From Candidatus Geocrenenecus dongiae (GTDB taxonomy: Archaea > Thermoproteota > Nitrososphaeria_A > Caldarchaeales > Wolframiiraptoraceae): DNA of 64,000 bases. The notes beneath the pieces are model-generated. The model was not told the origin of the DNA, searched no databases, and saw nothing but the letters and a program-made list of their open reading frames with translations. Numbering within the stretch: the first letter of the stretch is position 1; each line of letters opens with the position of its first letter. A program made the position numbers and the translations under genes. The DNA is taken from positions 11,094 through 75,093 of the forward strand of contig JALNLN010000002.1 of assembly GCA_023267855.1 (NCBI GenBank), read 5' to 3'. Shown one piece after another: positions 46,764 to 56,223 of this stretch.

Positions 46764-47288
46764 TTACTCTAATTTGAATACTATCTTTTCGTAGCCTTTG
46801 TATTTTTCACCTCTCCTAACACTAGATATTAGAATTCTATGATTTAGGATCTCGTGTTCTCCACTTATATCTACTTTAACTATCTCAGTATCCTCTGGAA
46901 AGATCCAGTAGATTTCGTAATCGTATTCTGCAACTCCTTCTTCATAGTAACATTCATACACATTTAATCCATTTACGAGTTCTCCACTAAACTCTATGAT
47001 ATAGATTATCGTAGGAAGCTCTGGGGCTCCTCTAAACTCTAGATTAACTATGGTGACTTTTGCCTCTACTCTCCTATTGTTTATTATTATCTTCTCTTCT
47101 TCTAGGAATTCATTCATTACTGTTGATAATCTCATCATTTCATCTACATATCTTTCTTCATCTTCCAGTATCTTGTAGTAAAAGTTTTCTTTATCTAGGT
47201 AATCGAATACAAGTATTTCTGTGAATAACCCTTTTCCATCAACTCTAAAGAAAGCCTGAGCATGAATAGGCTCGACATCTATACTCAT
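46764..47288 (-). CDS. hypothetical protein
   Basis: 174-aa clean ORF of ordinary composition. I recognise no family. Confidence 0.55.
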   Translation of the reverse strand: MSIDVEPIHAQAFFRVDGKGLFTEILVFDYLDKENFYYKILEDEERYVDEMMRLSTVMNEFLEEEKIIINNRRVEAKVTIVNLEFRGAPELPTIIYIIEFSGELVNGLNVYECYYEEGVAEYDYEIYWIFPEDTEIVKVDISGEHEILNHRILISSVRRGEKYKGYEKIVFKLE

Positions 47289-47416
47289 ACGCTCCCCCAG
47301 AATAAATATTCAAGATAAGTTTTAGAAAACCTTCTCCAATCTTTCAAGTGTAGTATTCAAACATCTGCTTAGCCTTGTTTTATTGAGTTGGAGAGATTTT
47401 CTTGTTAATTTGTTGT

Positions 47417-47471
47417 GGGTCAGACTGCCCGTCGTGTATCATAAATCAACTTGGACGTTGTTCATCATCCC
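47417..47471 (-). ncRNA. C/D-box sRNA candidate (55 nt)
   Basis: The minus strand reads GGG-AUGAUGA(C)-ACAACGUCCAAG(12 nt)-UUGA(D' variant)-UUU-AUGAUAC(C' variant)-ACGACGGGCAGU(12 nt)-CUGA(D)-CCC. The 5' GGG pairs with the 3' CCC. It lies 33 nt downstream of the acetyl-CoA synthetase stop on the same strand. Confidence 0.65.
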
Positions 47472-47503
47472 TTCTAATAACTGTCTTTCCGATTCTTATA
47501 AGT

Positions 47504-49624
47504 TTATACTGATTCTGTCTTCGGTTTTCTGAGAACTATTCTTGCATCTACTGCTTTGTATCCTTTACCTTTCTCGAAAGCTATAACTGGGTTTATGTCT
47601 AGTTCTTCTATTTCTGGATGTTCTACGACTAGTTGGGAGAGACGCATCAATCCTTCTGCTAATGCATCTATATCTCTAGGCGGTTTACCTCTGTATCCTT
47701 TAAGTATCTGGCTTGCTCTTATCTCTTCTATCATATGGTATGCACTTAGCTCTCTTATTGGTGCTAGCCTAAAGCTGACGTCTTTGTAAGCTTCAACATA
47801 TATTCCGCCTAAACCAAACATTATTACTGGTCCAAAAATTGGGTCTTTCTTAGCACCGAAGATAACTTCTACACCATTCTTAACCATTTCTTGAACAGTT
47901 ACACCCCATATACGTGCATCAGGTGCATGCTTCTTAACATTACTAATTATCCTATTATATGCTTCTCTCACTTCTTCAGGTGTCTCAAGCTTGATTTCTA
48001 CCCCACCTATATCAAATTTATGCACAATGTCCGGGGAAGCTATCTTTAAAACGACCGGATAACCTAGTTTCTCAGCAGCTTCAACAGCTTCATCAACACT
48101 CTTCGCAATATAATATTCAGCGATCTTAAACCCATAGTTCTTAAGTACGCCAAGTGCTTCAGCATCAGGCATATATGTTCTACCTTCCAGTAGAGCTTTC
48201 TCTATAGTTTTCGCTACCTTCTCTCTATCTACTAGAAATGTTCTGACTTCTGTTCTAGGTCTGTTAACCCAACTACTAAACTTCTTCATAGCTGCTAGTG
48301 TTCTAGCTGCTGCTTCTGGAAAATCGAAATTAGGTATACTTGATGATTCTAGTATCTCGATTGCAGATGAAATATCGCTCACACCCATAAAACATGTTAA
48401 TACTGTTTTCTTATATTTTTGAGATGTTGAGACAACTACTCTAGCTATATCGTCAACATTCGTCATAGCTTGTGGTGTGAGGACGATTATAGCTGCATCT
48501 ACATTCTCATCTGAGAGTACATGATTGAGAGCGTACTCGTATCTTAAACTATTAGCATCTCCAACTAGGTCTACTGGATTCTTTACACTGGCAGCTGGAG
48601 ATAAACCTTCTCTAAGCTTCTTCTTCGTTTCTTCATTTAGCTGAGCTATCCTGAGCCCTGATCTTACAACAGCGTCTGTAGCCAGTATCCCCGGTCCACC
48701 TGCATTCGTTATTATTGCTACTCTATCTCCGGCTGGGATAGGTTGATATGCGAAAGCTTTAGCGTAATTGAATAGATCTTGAACTGTATCTACTCTAAGA
48801 ACTCCGGATTGCTCGAAGATGGCATCGTAGACCTCATCAGAACTTGCTAATGCTCCTGTATGGCTTGAAGCAGCTCTGGCCCCTTCTGGCGTTCTTCCAG
48901 CTTTTATCGCTATTACCGGTTTCCTCGATTCTCCAGTAATATGTCTAACTACATCTATGAATCTTCTACCATGTGATATATCTTCAACATACAGTAAGAT
49001 AACTTTTGTTTGTGGATCGTTTTCAAGGTATTCTAAAACATCTATCTCGTTTATGTCAGCTTTATTCCCAAGACTCACTATCTTCGAGAAACCTATTCCA
49101 AGTTTCCTAGCGTACTCTAAAGCAGCGACACATAATGCTCCACTTTGAGATATGAATGCTATAGACCCGCTTCGAGGCATTTCTCTAGCAAAAGTAGCAT
49201 TCAGTTTTACTGAGGGTTCTGGATTTACTATTCCAAGACAGTTCGGTCCTATGAATCTGATACCCCCTCTCCTAGCTATTGCTACAACTTCTTGTTCTAG
49301 TTTGGCTCCTTCTGGCCCTATCTCTTTAAATCCAGCAGTGATTATTACAGCTGCTTGAACACCAACTTCTACACATTCCTCCATTACTTCTGGTACGATT
49401 TTATTTGGGACAACTATTATGGCGAGATCTATAGTATCTGGAATAGCTGAGATTTTTGGATATGCTTTTACACCCAACACCGCCCTCGCTTTAGGATTAA
49501 CAGGATACAGTACTCCTGCAAAATGACCATTTATGAGATTTCTCATTATAGCATGACCTACACTATCCGGGTCTCTAGAAGCGCCTACTACAGCAACAGA
49601 AGATGGGTAAAAGAATTTATGCAA
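47504..49624 (-). CDS. acetyl-CoA synthetase (ADP-forming), fused alpha/beta subunits
   Basis: 706 aa with a CoA-binding N-terminus (FFYPSSVAVVGASRDP...), succinyl-CoA-synthetase-like flavodoxin domains, the phosphohistidine region (SSHTGALAS) and a C-terminal ATP-grasp. Confidence 0.9.
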   Translation of the reverse strand: MHKFFYPSSVAVVGASRDPDSVGHAIMRNLINGHFAGVLYPVNPKARAVLGVKAYPKISAIPDTIDLAIIVVPNKIVPEVMEECVEVGVQAAVIITAGFKEIGPEGAKLEQEVVAIARRGGIRFIGPNCLGIVNPEPSVKLNATFAREMPRSGSIAFISQSGALCVAALEYARKLGIGFSKIVSLGNKADINEIDVLEYLENDPQTKVILLYVEDISHGRRFIDVVRHITGESRKPVIAIKAGRTPEGARAASSHTGALASSDEVYDAIFEQSGVLRVDTVQDLFNYAKAFAYQPIPAGDRVAIITNAGGPGILATDAVVRSGLRIAQLNEETKKKLREGLSPAASVKNPVDLVGDANSLRYEYALNHVLSDENVDAAIIVLTPQAMTNVDDIARVVVSTSQKYKKTVLTCFMGVSDISSAIEILESSSIPNFDFPEAAARTLAAMKKFSSWVNRPRTEVRTFLVDREKVAKTIEKALLEGRTYMPDAEALGVLKNYGFKIAEYYIAKSVDEAVEAAEKLGYPVVLKIASPDIVHKFDIGGVEIKLETPEEVREAYNRIISNVKKHAPDARIWGVTVQEMVKNGVEVIFGAKKDPIFGPVIMFGLGGIYVEAYKDVSFRLAPIRELSAYHMIEEIRASQILKGYRGKPPRDIDALAEGLMRLSQLVVEHPEIEELDINPVIAFEKGKGYKAVDARIVLRKPKTESV

Positions 49625-49770
49625 CTCTATTTCTCCGCGCGTATTTTGTTTGCACGTATATTTAAGGTATAGGTAATGAAAATTTATAAGTGAATATATC
49701 TGCCTACATAGGTAAATATATATCTAACTATGAATGTGATTTCAGCGAGATTAGATAATTCTAGACTACC

Positions 49771-50526
49771 TTAATAAGAATGATTAGTCTCCAACTGTTG
49801 CTTCACAGTTTTAATTCTCTTCATAGATTCGAGAATTGTTTCAGCAGTTTTCAATATTTTTTCTCTAATCTCTTCACCTTTCACTCTACTTCTTCTTATT
49901 AGGTTGTCTGTAATTATCAGTATAGCTGCTGTCTTAAAGTTGCGGATGTGGCCGAGTGTGAATAGAGTTGCGCACTCCATCTCAACAGCTATTACACCAA
50001 CTCGAGTCCATTTATTTATGAATTCTTCATCTTCTGCATAGAATGCATCACTAGAAACTACTGGGCCTATCCATATTTTATCGAATCTATTTACTGCTTC
50101 TCTAACTAGTTCTACGAGGACTTCATATGTTGGAGCATTAGGTGGAATTATTCCTGGAGCATAAGCTGAAATAGTTCCAGAACCTATATGGAAGCAAGCA
50201 ACATTAGGTATAACTATATCCCCTTCCTTGATATCTTTTGATAAGCTTCCAGCCGTACCAAGTCTAACCATAATCTTTGCTCCAAGCATTCTCAATTCTT
50301 CAAAAACTATAGCAGATGATGGTCCACCTATACCGTGACATGCAATTGTATATTGTTCACCTTTATAACCACCAGTATAGACGGGGAACCCTCTATTAGA
50401 TGAAACGAGTCGAGGTTCTTCTAAGAGTTCAGCTACAAGCTCAACTCTCTTAGGATCTCCTGCAACTATAACTTTTTCTGCAATATCTCCAGGCTTAGCT
50501 AGTATATGGTACGGCCCCCCAAGCAT
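49771..50526 (-). CDS. PNP/UDP family-1 nucleoside phosphorylase (purine/uridine/MTA phosphorylase type)
   Basis: VIVAGDPKRVE...HGIGGPSSAIV.EEL...VEMECATLF motifs, 251 aa. Confidence 0.85.
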   Translation of the reverse strand: MLGGPYHILAKPGDIAEKVIVAGDPKRVELVAELLEEPRLVSSNRGFPVYTGGYKGEQYTIACHGIGGPSSAIVFEELRMLGAKIMVRLGTAGSLSKDIKEGDIVIPNVACFHIGSGTISAYAPGIIPPNAPTYEVLVELVREAVNRFDKIWIGPVVSSDAFYAEDEEFINKWTRVGVIAVEMECATLFTLGHIRNFKTAAILIITDNLIRRSRVKGEEIREKILKTAETILESMKRIKTVKQQLETNHSY

Positions 50527-50624
50527 AGATATGAAATATGTTTCCTGGTTTTAAAATGTAATGCTTCAGGAAAGTAAAAGTTTTTACAGATTGGTAGAAG
50601 GTTTATCGATATGTAGTCCCGTAG

Positions 50625-50927
50625 AGATGTAGATCTTATGCTTTACTAGTTGATAAAATAAAGACTATTGTAGATGATTCCGGCTTTGGTAAATTCACTA
50701 TCTTCGTCTGGGCTCTTAAACCTCTAGATGAGAAACCGCAAATATTCAAAATTAAATTAACATCTTATCCTCTAAGACAGGAGAAAGCATTTCTAGAACT
50801 ATCCGCAGAAAAACAAGAAGTATACTATCAAGCATTAGTGCTTGTTAAGGCTAGACCTGGAAGATACGAGTTAAGTATCAGGGAGCCGGTAAATCTATCC
50901 ATAATCCTAGAAGTTGAAGAGAGATAG
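50625..50927 (+). other. 100-codon open frame without any ATG/GTG/TTG near its 5' end (unannotated gene with unusual start, or gene remnant)
   Basis: The frame opens after TAG 50622-50624 and closes at TAG 50925-50927. It reads RCRSYALLVDKIKTIVDDSGFGKFTIFVWALKPLDEKPQIFKIKLTSYPLRQEKAFLELSAEKQEVYYQALVLVKARPGRYELSIREPVNLSIILEVEER. The composition is protein-like and the open length is unusual for such AT-rich DNA. Confidence 0.3.
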
Positions 50928-50998
50928 TTTAGATTTACGAAGATTAAGAAATCCCAAATACCTAATACTTATTAAGATATCTTATTGGAATATTTAAT

Positions 50999-51517
50999 GT
51001 GAAGTATTGTTTTTTCGAGACGCCCTTCAAAGTCTTATTAGGGTACATATGGTCTGAGAAAGGCTTAAGAGAAATGTGTTTCTATGAGAATCTAGAAGAT
51101 TTTAAGAAATATGTTAGAGAAGAATATCCAGAAGCTGTAGAAGGTAGGTTAGTAGAATTAGAAGAACAACTTGAGAGATACTTTAAAGGTGAGTGTAGAT
51201 GCATCGACTTTCCACTTAATATATATGGGACAATCTTTCAGAAGAGTGTATGGAGTATTGTTAGAAAGATACCTTACGGTGAAGTGAGAAGCTATAAATG
51301 GGTTGCAGAACAGTTAGGTAAGCCAAGATATTCTAGAGCTGTTGGTAGAGCATTAGCTTCAAATCCAGTAGTACTGGTTATTCCCTGTCACCGGGTGATC
51401 AGATCAGATGGTTCTCTCGGAGGCTACGGTGGAAGAGTTTGGCTAAAAGAAGAGTTAATAAAATTTGAGAAGAAGTTTACTGAAAATCTACGATTCAAAC
51501 AAGCTAAGCAACTATGA
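50999..51517 (+). CDS. ogt: methylated-DNA--protein-cysteine methyltransferase
   Basis: Active-site IPCHRVI, helix-turn-wing (YGEVRSYKWVAEQLG) and an RAVG.A...NP motif, with a GTG start. Confidence 0.9.
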   Translation: MKYCFFETPFKVLLGYIWSEKGLREMCFYENLEDFKKYVREEYPEAVEGRLVELEEQLERYFKGECRCIDFPLNIYGTIFQKSVWSIVRKIPYGEVRSYKWVAEQLGKPRYSRAVGRALASNPVVLVIPCHRVIRSDGSLGGYGGRVWLKEELIKFEKKFTENLRFKQAKQL

Positions 51518-51663
51518 CATACTATTCAAGAAACAATCTTACTATCATTTAATTTTAAATGAGTTCTTTTTTGTATTAGGGTTGACCCCCTTTTCATCAT
51601 CTGTATTCAGGTGTTCCGACGTTCCTCACCTTTCAGCATCACCAAGTTCTACAACCTCTCATA

Positions 51664-54015
51664 TTAGTTTTTCCTAATGTTATGCATAGCTATTAGGTCT
51701 TTCTTAAATATTCTAAGTTCTCTAGGTATCTCTATGTCGATAGGATCTTTGAGAGATAGATTTCTTTCCTTCTTAATAGACCAGACCCTAGAATTGAAGT
51801 TGATTATATGTTCTGTGTATTTTGCATATCTTTTACTCCATTTAGGTTTCTGGAATTTCTGAAGATGTATACTCTTTTTTGAGTAGAGCTTTCTCCATAT
51901 CTCTTCTGTTATGAATGGTGTTATAGGTGCAAGCATTATGAGTATATTCTTTAATACCGTGTGTAACGTGTGCCATGCAGATTTCTGTTCTCTTTTCGTA
52001 AAACCGCTTACACCGTACGCTCTAGGTTTACACATCTCTATGTAGTGGTCAGCAAAGATGTTCCATGTAAAGTATCTTATAGTTGTAGAAGGTATGAAGA
52101 AATTAAAATCTGCGTATCCCTCAAGACACTTCTCTATTGTTTTAGATAGTTCTGAAAGTATCCATTTATCTGTTGGTGTTAATTCAGCTGTTCTCGGATA
52201 CGGGAAGCTTGAAATATATCTCGCTATATTCCAAAGTTTTGTAATGAATCTCCCAGCAGATTGTATTCTCTGCTCAGAGATTCTAAAATCTTCTCCTAAG
52301 TTTGCTTCTTGCGCACACCAAAATCTAAAAACGTCTGCACCATACTTTTCAAGTATGGGTACTGGATCTATAACGTTCCCCCTACTCTTACTCATCTTCT
52401 GTCCATGTTCATCTAAACCCATCCCACCTATCCAAACATGTTTAAAAGCAGGTTTCCCAGTAAGCTGGTAGCATCTAAGTATTGTATAGTACAGCCATGT
52501 TCTAACAATATCTTTACCCTGAGGTCTAACACCGACAGGATAGGTGAGTCTAAAGAATTTTTCATCTTTCATGTACCTCGTTATGTATAATGGAGAGATG
52601 CTTGAATCCATCCATGTATCGAAGGTTCTCGTTTCCCCAATGAATTCAGTTGAACCACACTTCACACATTTATCAAAAGGTGGTTTATCTCTCCATGGTC
52701 TGTAATACTTGCCAGGCTCTGGAACATGTGCTTCACCACAATTTGCACAGTACCAGACTGGTATCTCTGTCCCATAATATCTCCTCCTACTTATAGGCCA
52801 GTCTATTCTTAGGGAATTTATCCAATCTACTAAGAGTTTTTTATGATGTGCTGGATGGAATTTCATCTTCTCTACTAGTTTCAATAGATCTTCTACAAAA
52901 TCTAGTTGTTTTAGATAATATTCTTTCATAGGTATTATCTCGATTGGTGTCTTGCTTCTCTCACAGATGGGTACTCTATGAATTATCTCCTCTATCTTTA
53001 CTATAAGATTTTGTTTCTCTAAATCTCTTACTATTTCTTCTCTTGCTTCTTGTACACTCATTCCAGCATACTTACCTGCAGCTTCAGTCATTCTTCCACT
53101 ATCATCTATTACTATGGTTTCTTCTAAACCAAGTTCTCTGAATAGCAATACGTCTGTGTAGTCTCCATAGCTACAAACCATTACTGCTCCAGTACCGAAT
53201 TCTGGTTTAGCGGATGGGTGGGGAAATACTTCTACCTCATGTCCATATATCGGTACGATTACATGTTTCCAATGTATGTCACGGTATCTCTCATCTCTTG
53301 GATTAACTATGACTGCTCTACACGCTGCTAGAAGCTCAGGTCTAGTCGTAGCTATTATGAGATCTCTTCCATCTTCCTTTATCTTGAATTTTATGTAGAC
53401 GAGTTTTGTCGGCATCTCTTCGTAATCTACTTCAGCGTCTGCTAAAGTTGTCCCACACTCCCAACAGTAATTGTTAGGTCTAGTTGCTGTGTAGATTAAA
53501 TTCTTCTTCCATAACTCTATGAAAGTTGCTTGTGTTAATTTACGATAATTTTCAGAATCTGTTCTATAATAGTTTTGGAAATCCCCACTCAACCCCATTC
53601 TCTTCATGATCCATATCATTTCAGCTTCAAGTTCATCTAACGCTTTACTACATAGATCGATAAATACTTCTCTTGAAACATCTCTAAGAGAAATCTTGTA
53701 AGTCTTCTCAACATACAACTCTACTGGTAAACCATTTCTATCTATGCCTATCGGAAAATAGACTTCGTAACCACTCATCCTCGCAGTTCTAGCTATCATA
53801 TCAATTTGAGAATACTGAGCGGCTGCACCTATATGCCAAGGTCTACCACTGGGATATGGTGGAGGAGTATCTATAACAAATTTAGGCTTCCTAGAATTAA
53901 GATTAAACTTATAGATACCGTTATCCTCCCATTCCTTATAGATTTCCATCTCTTCAGCTATATTCCATCTTGTCTCCTGTATCTTTGGATTAAACTCCAT
54001 ACCTCTTCCCTTCAA
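51664..54015 (-). CDS. valS: valine--tRNA ligase
   Basis: 783-aa class I synthetase with DTPPPYPSGRPWHIGAA (degenerate HIGH), GIDRNGLPVE, an editing-domain insert, zinc knuckles (CWECG, CANCG, CVKCG) and KMSKSRGN. Confidence 0.8.
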   Translation of the reverse strand: MKGRGMEFNPKIQETRWNIAEEMEIYKEWEDNGIYKFNLNSRKPKFVIDTPPPYPSGRPWHIGAAAQYSQIDMIARTARMSGYEVYFPIGIDRNGLPVELYVEKTYKISLRDVSREVFIDLCSKALDELEAEMIWIMKRMGLSGDFQNYYRTDSENYRKLTQATFIELWKKNLIYTATRPNNYCWECGTTLADAEVDYEEMPTKLVYIKFKIKEDGRDLIIATTRPELLAACRAVIVNPRDERYRDIHWKHVIVPIYGHEVEVFPHPSAKPEFGTGAVMVCSYGDYTDVLLFRELGLEETIVIDDSGRMTEAAGKYAGMSVQEAREEIVRDLEKQNLIVKIEEIIHRVPICERSKTPIEIIPMKEYYLKQLDFVEDLLKLVEKMKFHPAHHKKLLVDWINSLRIDWPISRRRYYGTEIPVWYCANCGEAHVPEPGKYYRPWRDKPPFDKCVKCGSTEFIGETRTFDTWMDSSISPLYITRYMKDEKFFRLTYPVGVRPQGKDIVRTWLYYTILRCYQLTGKPAFKHVWIGGMGLDEHGQKMSKSRGNVIDPVPILEKYGADVFRFWCAQEANLGEDFRISEQRIQSAGRFITKLWNIARYISSFPYPRTAELTPTDKWILSELSKTIEKCLEGYADFNFFIPSTTIRYFTWNIFADHYIEMCKPRAYGVSGFTKREQKSAWHTLHTVLKNILIMLAPITPFITEEIWRKLYSKKSIHLQKFQKPKWSKRYAKYTEHIINFNSRVWSIKKERNLSLKDPIDIEIPRELRIFKKDLIAMHNIRKN

Positions 54016-54100
54016 ATTCCATAATACGTCTTTAATTAATTCTTTACTTTTACGATCCTCTCATTATTATGCTTACAGTATCTCAATCTCTATTTTACTA

Positions 54101-54415
54101 CTAGATTCCAAGTTTATCGAGTTTTTTCCTAACTCTTTCTATAGAATCTGCTTTAAGTGGTTTTATGGATTCAGGAGTTTCATGTTCTATGGTTTTTCTC
54201 TTAACGAATAAACCACATCTACCATCTGGAAGTAGCTTAACCTGTATGCACTGAGCGTAAGGACACTTGTATCCAGTACATGGATTATTCACCCAATTAC
54301 ACCATGGGGGATTTCTCTTAAAATCTAATATCTTCTTTCCACATCTAAAAAATCTACAGAGGGGGTTGCAGATCTCTGTGGGCTCCCTACTGAGAACCCA
54401 TTCCAATTCTACCAC
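54101..54415 (-). CDS. cysteine-rich small protein (8 Cys), unknown function
   Basis: 104 aa (EICNPLCRFFRCG...PPWCNWVNNPCTGYKCPYAQC...DGRCG) followed by a basic helical tail. It lies 26 nt downstream of the surface-protein gene on the same strand. Confidence 0.55.
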   Translation of the reverse strand: MVELEWVLSREPTEICNPLCRFFRCGKKILDFKRNPPWCNWVNNPCTGYKCPYAQCIQVKLLPDGRCGLFVKRKTIEHETPESIKPLKADSIERVRKKLDKLGI

Positions 54416-54441
54416 CTATCAATTTCTAATGAATCTATCTT

Positions 54442-56193
54442 CTAGCTAGTTATTAATTTTCTCTTTTTAGAAAATGATAGGTAGATGAGTAGGCAGCCGC
54501 AAACCATCAATAGTATTGATATTAATGCTATTATTACTGTAGCCAGTGATTCCATACTCATAATTACCCCTAAGAACTGAATATAGTTTTGTATTTCTAT
54601 CTTATATTCTCCCGGTTTATCGATTATCATTATCTCTCTACCTATAAGTTTATCATTATCTTTTATGTCTACTATTATGGTTGTAGGATACGGCAGTATC
54701 AGAGCAGGCATATCAGCAATAGATCCAGAGTATATCTCCTTGCCATCATACTTAACAACTATACCTAGTTTCTCTAAGCTTCTTCCAAAAACATCTATTA
54801 CCTTTAATTTAAATGGAAAGTTTATACTCTCAATCTTAACGTACTGCTTATCCTGTTCTATTACTATTCTTCCTCTATAAACTGTTTCTTCTTCTTTCAT
54901 GAGGTATAGAATATAATCTCCTGGAAACATCTTTAAACTCAATTTACCTTCATTATCTATTACTCCCGTATAGCTTTCCCCAGTTGACTCATCTACTAAT
55001 TTTACGTTATATCCTTTGAGTGGATCGTTATTGTAATCCGTGAAGTAGAGGTCTACAGTCATCTTCTTGAGAGTTATTGTTATGGAGGTTTTCGCAGAGT
55101 TTAGAGAAACTTTCCCTTCACCTAGTTTCTTGTCTTTCTTCATTACCTCTACCGTATATTCTCCTACTTTGCTAACACCTTCACTTAGAGGGAGATTTAT
55201 GAATGACGCTATCCCATCTTCATCTGAAACACTACTCATAAAGTTACGTGAAAACATATTACTTATGGTAACCGTGAGATTGCTGAGAGGTTCTCCATCT
55301 TCATCCAATACTCTTACTTCAAGTTTTCCTAGATCAAGCACTAAGTCAAGTTTCTGAGAAGAAGATAGAATTCTCCTACTACTATGCACAAGATACTCTA
55401 CACCTGCTATAGTGTAGGTTACATTTATCTTATATTCTCCAACCCAATCTAAGTTCGATGAAGGTAGTAGGTTTACCGTACCTGCACCTTTATCTAACTT
55501 CATAGATCTTGTATAATTTCTAGCTTGGAATTTAACTACAGTCTTGGCTACACTTTCTCCTTCAAGATTAACTGTAGTAATATTGAGGTTTAGTAATTGT
55601 ACGGTAAAATTGAATTTAAGTTTGGGAGAACTTATCTCTAAGTCTTTCACAGTTTCCAGCGGATAGTTGTTGAAATTTATCTTAAGATTGTAGCCAGAAA
55701 TGTCTTTAAGAGTACTATAGGGTATACGTGAAAACTTTACGACTCCGTTCTTATCTGTAAAATCTTTATATGATTTAAACTTACTAAACGCTTCAAGCAC
55801 TATCTCTAAACCTTCAACTCCCTTCCCATCTAAATCAAATAATCTAAACTCTATTTCTGAGATATTTCCAGCAACTTCTAGATATTTCTGTTTAGGATAC
55901 TCTATTTGGGATTCAGCTATAGTTACCTGGTCGAGTCTAACTTTGACATCATATACACCTTCTGGTAAGTCTTTAAAGATAGCGTGACCCGTAGAGTTTG
56001 TTATGAATCTATATGTCTCACCTAACCTTGATAAAACTACTTCAACGTTATTCAAAGGTTTTCCCAGAGGATCTGTAACATGTATCGTAATAGGTTCTTT
56101 CTGTCCTTCTACACTTAGGAGTATTACCGAGTTTACCAATAATAGTCCAATCAATAGGTAGACTAAATCTACCGTATGTTTTCCTCCATCCAT
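54442..56193 (-). CDS. membrane-anchored surface protein built from about 6-7 CarboxypepD_reg-like (prealbumin-fold) repeats
   Basis: N-terminal TM (LVYLLIGLLLVNSVILLSV). Recurrent modules include ITIHVTDPLGKPLNNVEVVL...TNSTGHAIFKDLPEGVYDVKV, LEVRVLDEDGEPLSNLTVTI...DEDGIASF and VDLYFTDYNNDPLKGYNVKLVDE...DNEGKLSLKMFPGDYILYL. It ends in a C-terminal TM and a KKRK stop-transfer. Confidence 0.7.
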   Translation of the reverse strand: MDGGKHTVDLVYLLIGLLLVNSVILLSVEGQKEPITIHVTDPLGKPLNNVEVVLSRLGETYRFITNSTGHAIFKDLPEGVYDVKVRLDQVTIAESQIEYPKQKYLEVAGNISEIEFRLFDLDGKGVEGLEIVLEAFSKFKSYKDFTDKNGVVKFSRIPYSTLKDISGYNLKINFNNYPLETVKDLEISSPKLKFNFTVQLLNLNITTVNLEGESVAKTVVKFQARNYTRSMKLDKGAGTVNLLPSSNLDWVGEYKINVTYTIAGVEYLVHSSRRILSSSQKLDLVLDLGKLEVRVLDEDGEPLSNLTVTISNMFSRNFMSSVSDEDGIASFINLPLSEGVSKVGEYTVEVMKKDKKLGEGKVSLNSAKTSITITLKKMTVDLYFTDYNNDPLKGYNVKLVDESTGESYTGVIDNEGKLSLKMFPGDYILYLMKEEETVYRGRIVIEQDKQYVKIESINFPFKLKVIDVFGRSLEKLGIVVKYDGKEIYSGSIADMPALILPYPTTIIVDIKDNDKLIGREIMIIDKPGEYKIEIQNYIQFLGVIMSMESLATVIIALISILLMVCGCLLIYLSFSKKRKLITS

Positions 56194-56223
56194 TTCATAT
56201 ACACCATCTATCTTTTCTTTACT

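Noticed and set aside
51530-51663. C/D-box-like elements on the minus strand downstream of valS (GUGAUGC ... CUGA ... AUGAUGA)
   Set aside because: The box order and spacing do not fit. Only 25 nt separate the C-like box from CUGA, and no D box follows the AUGAUGA. No terminal stem is present.
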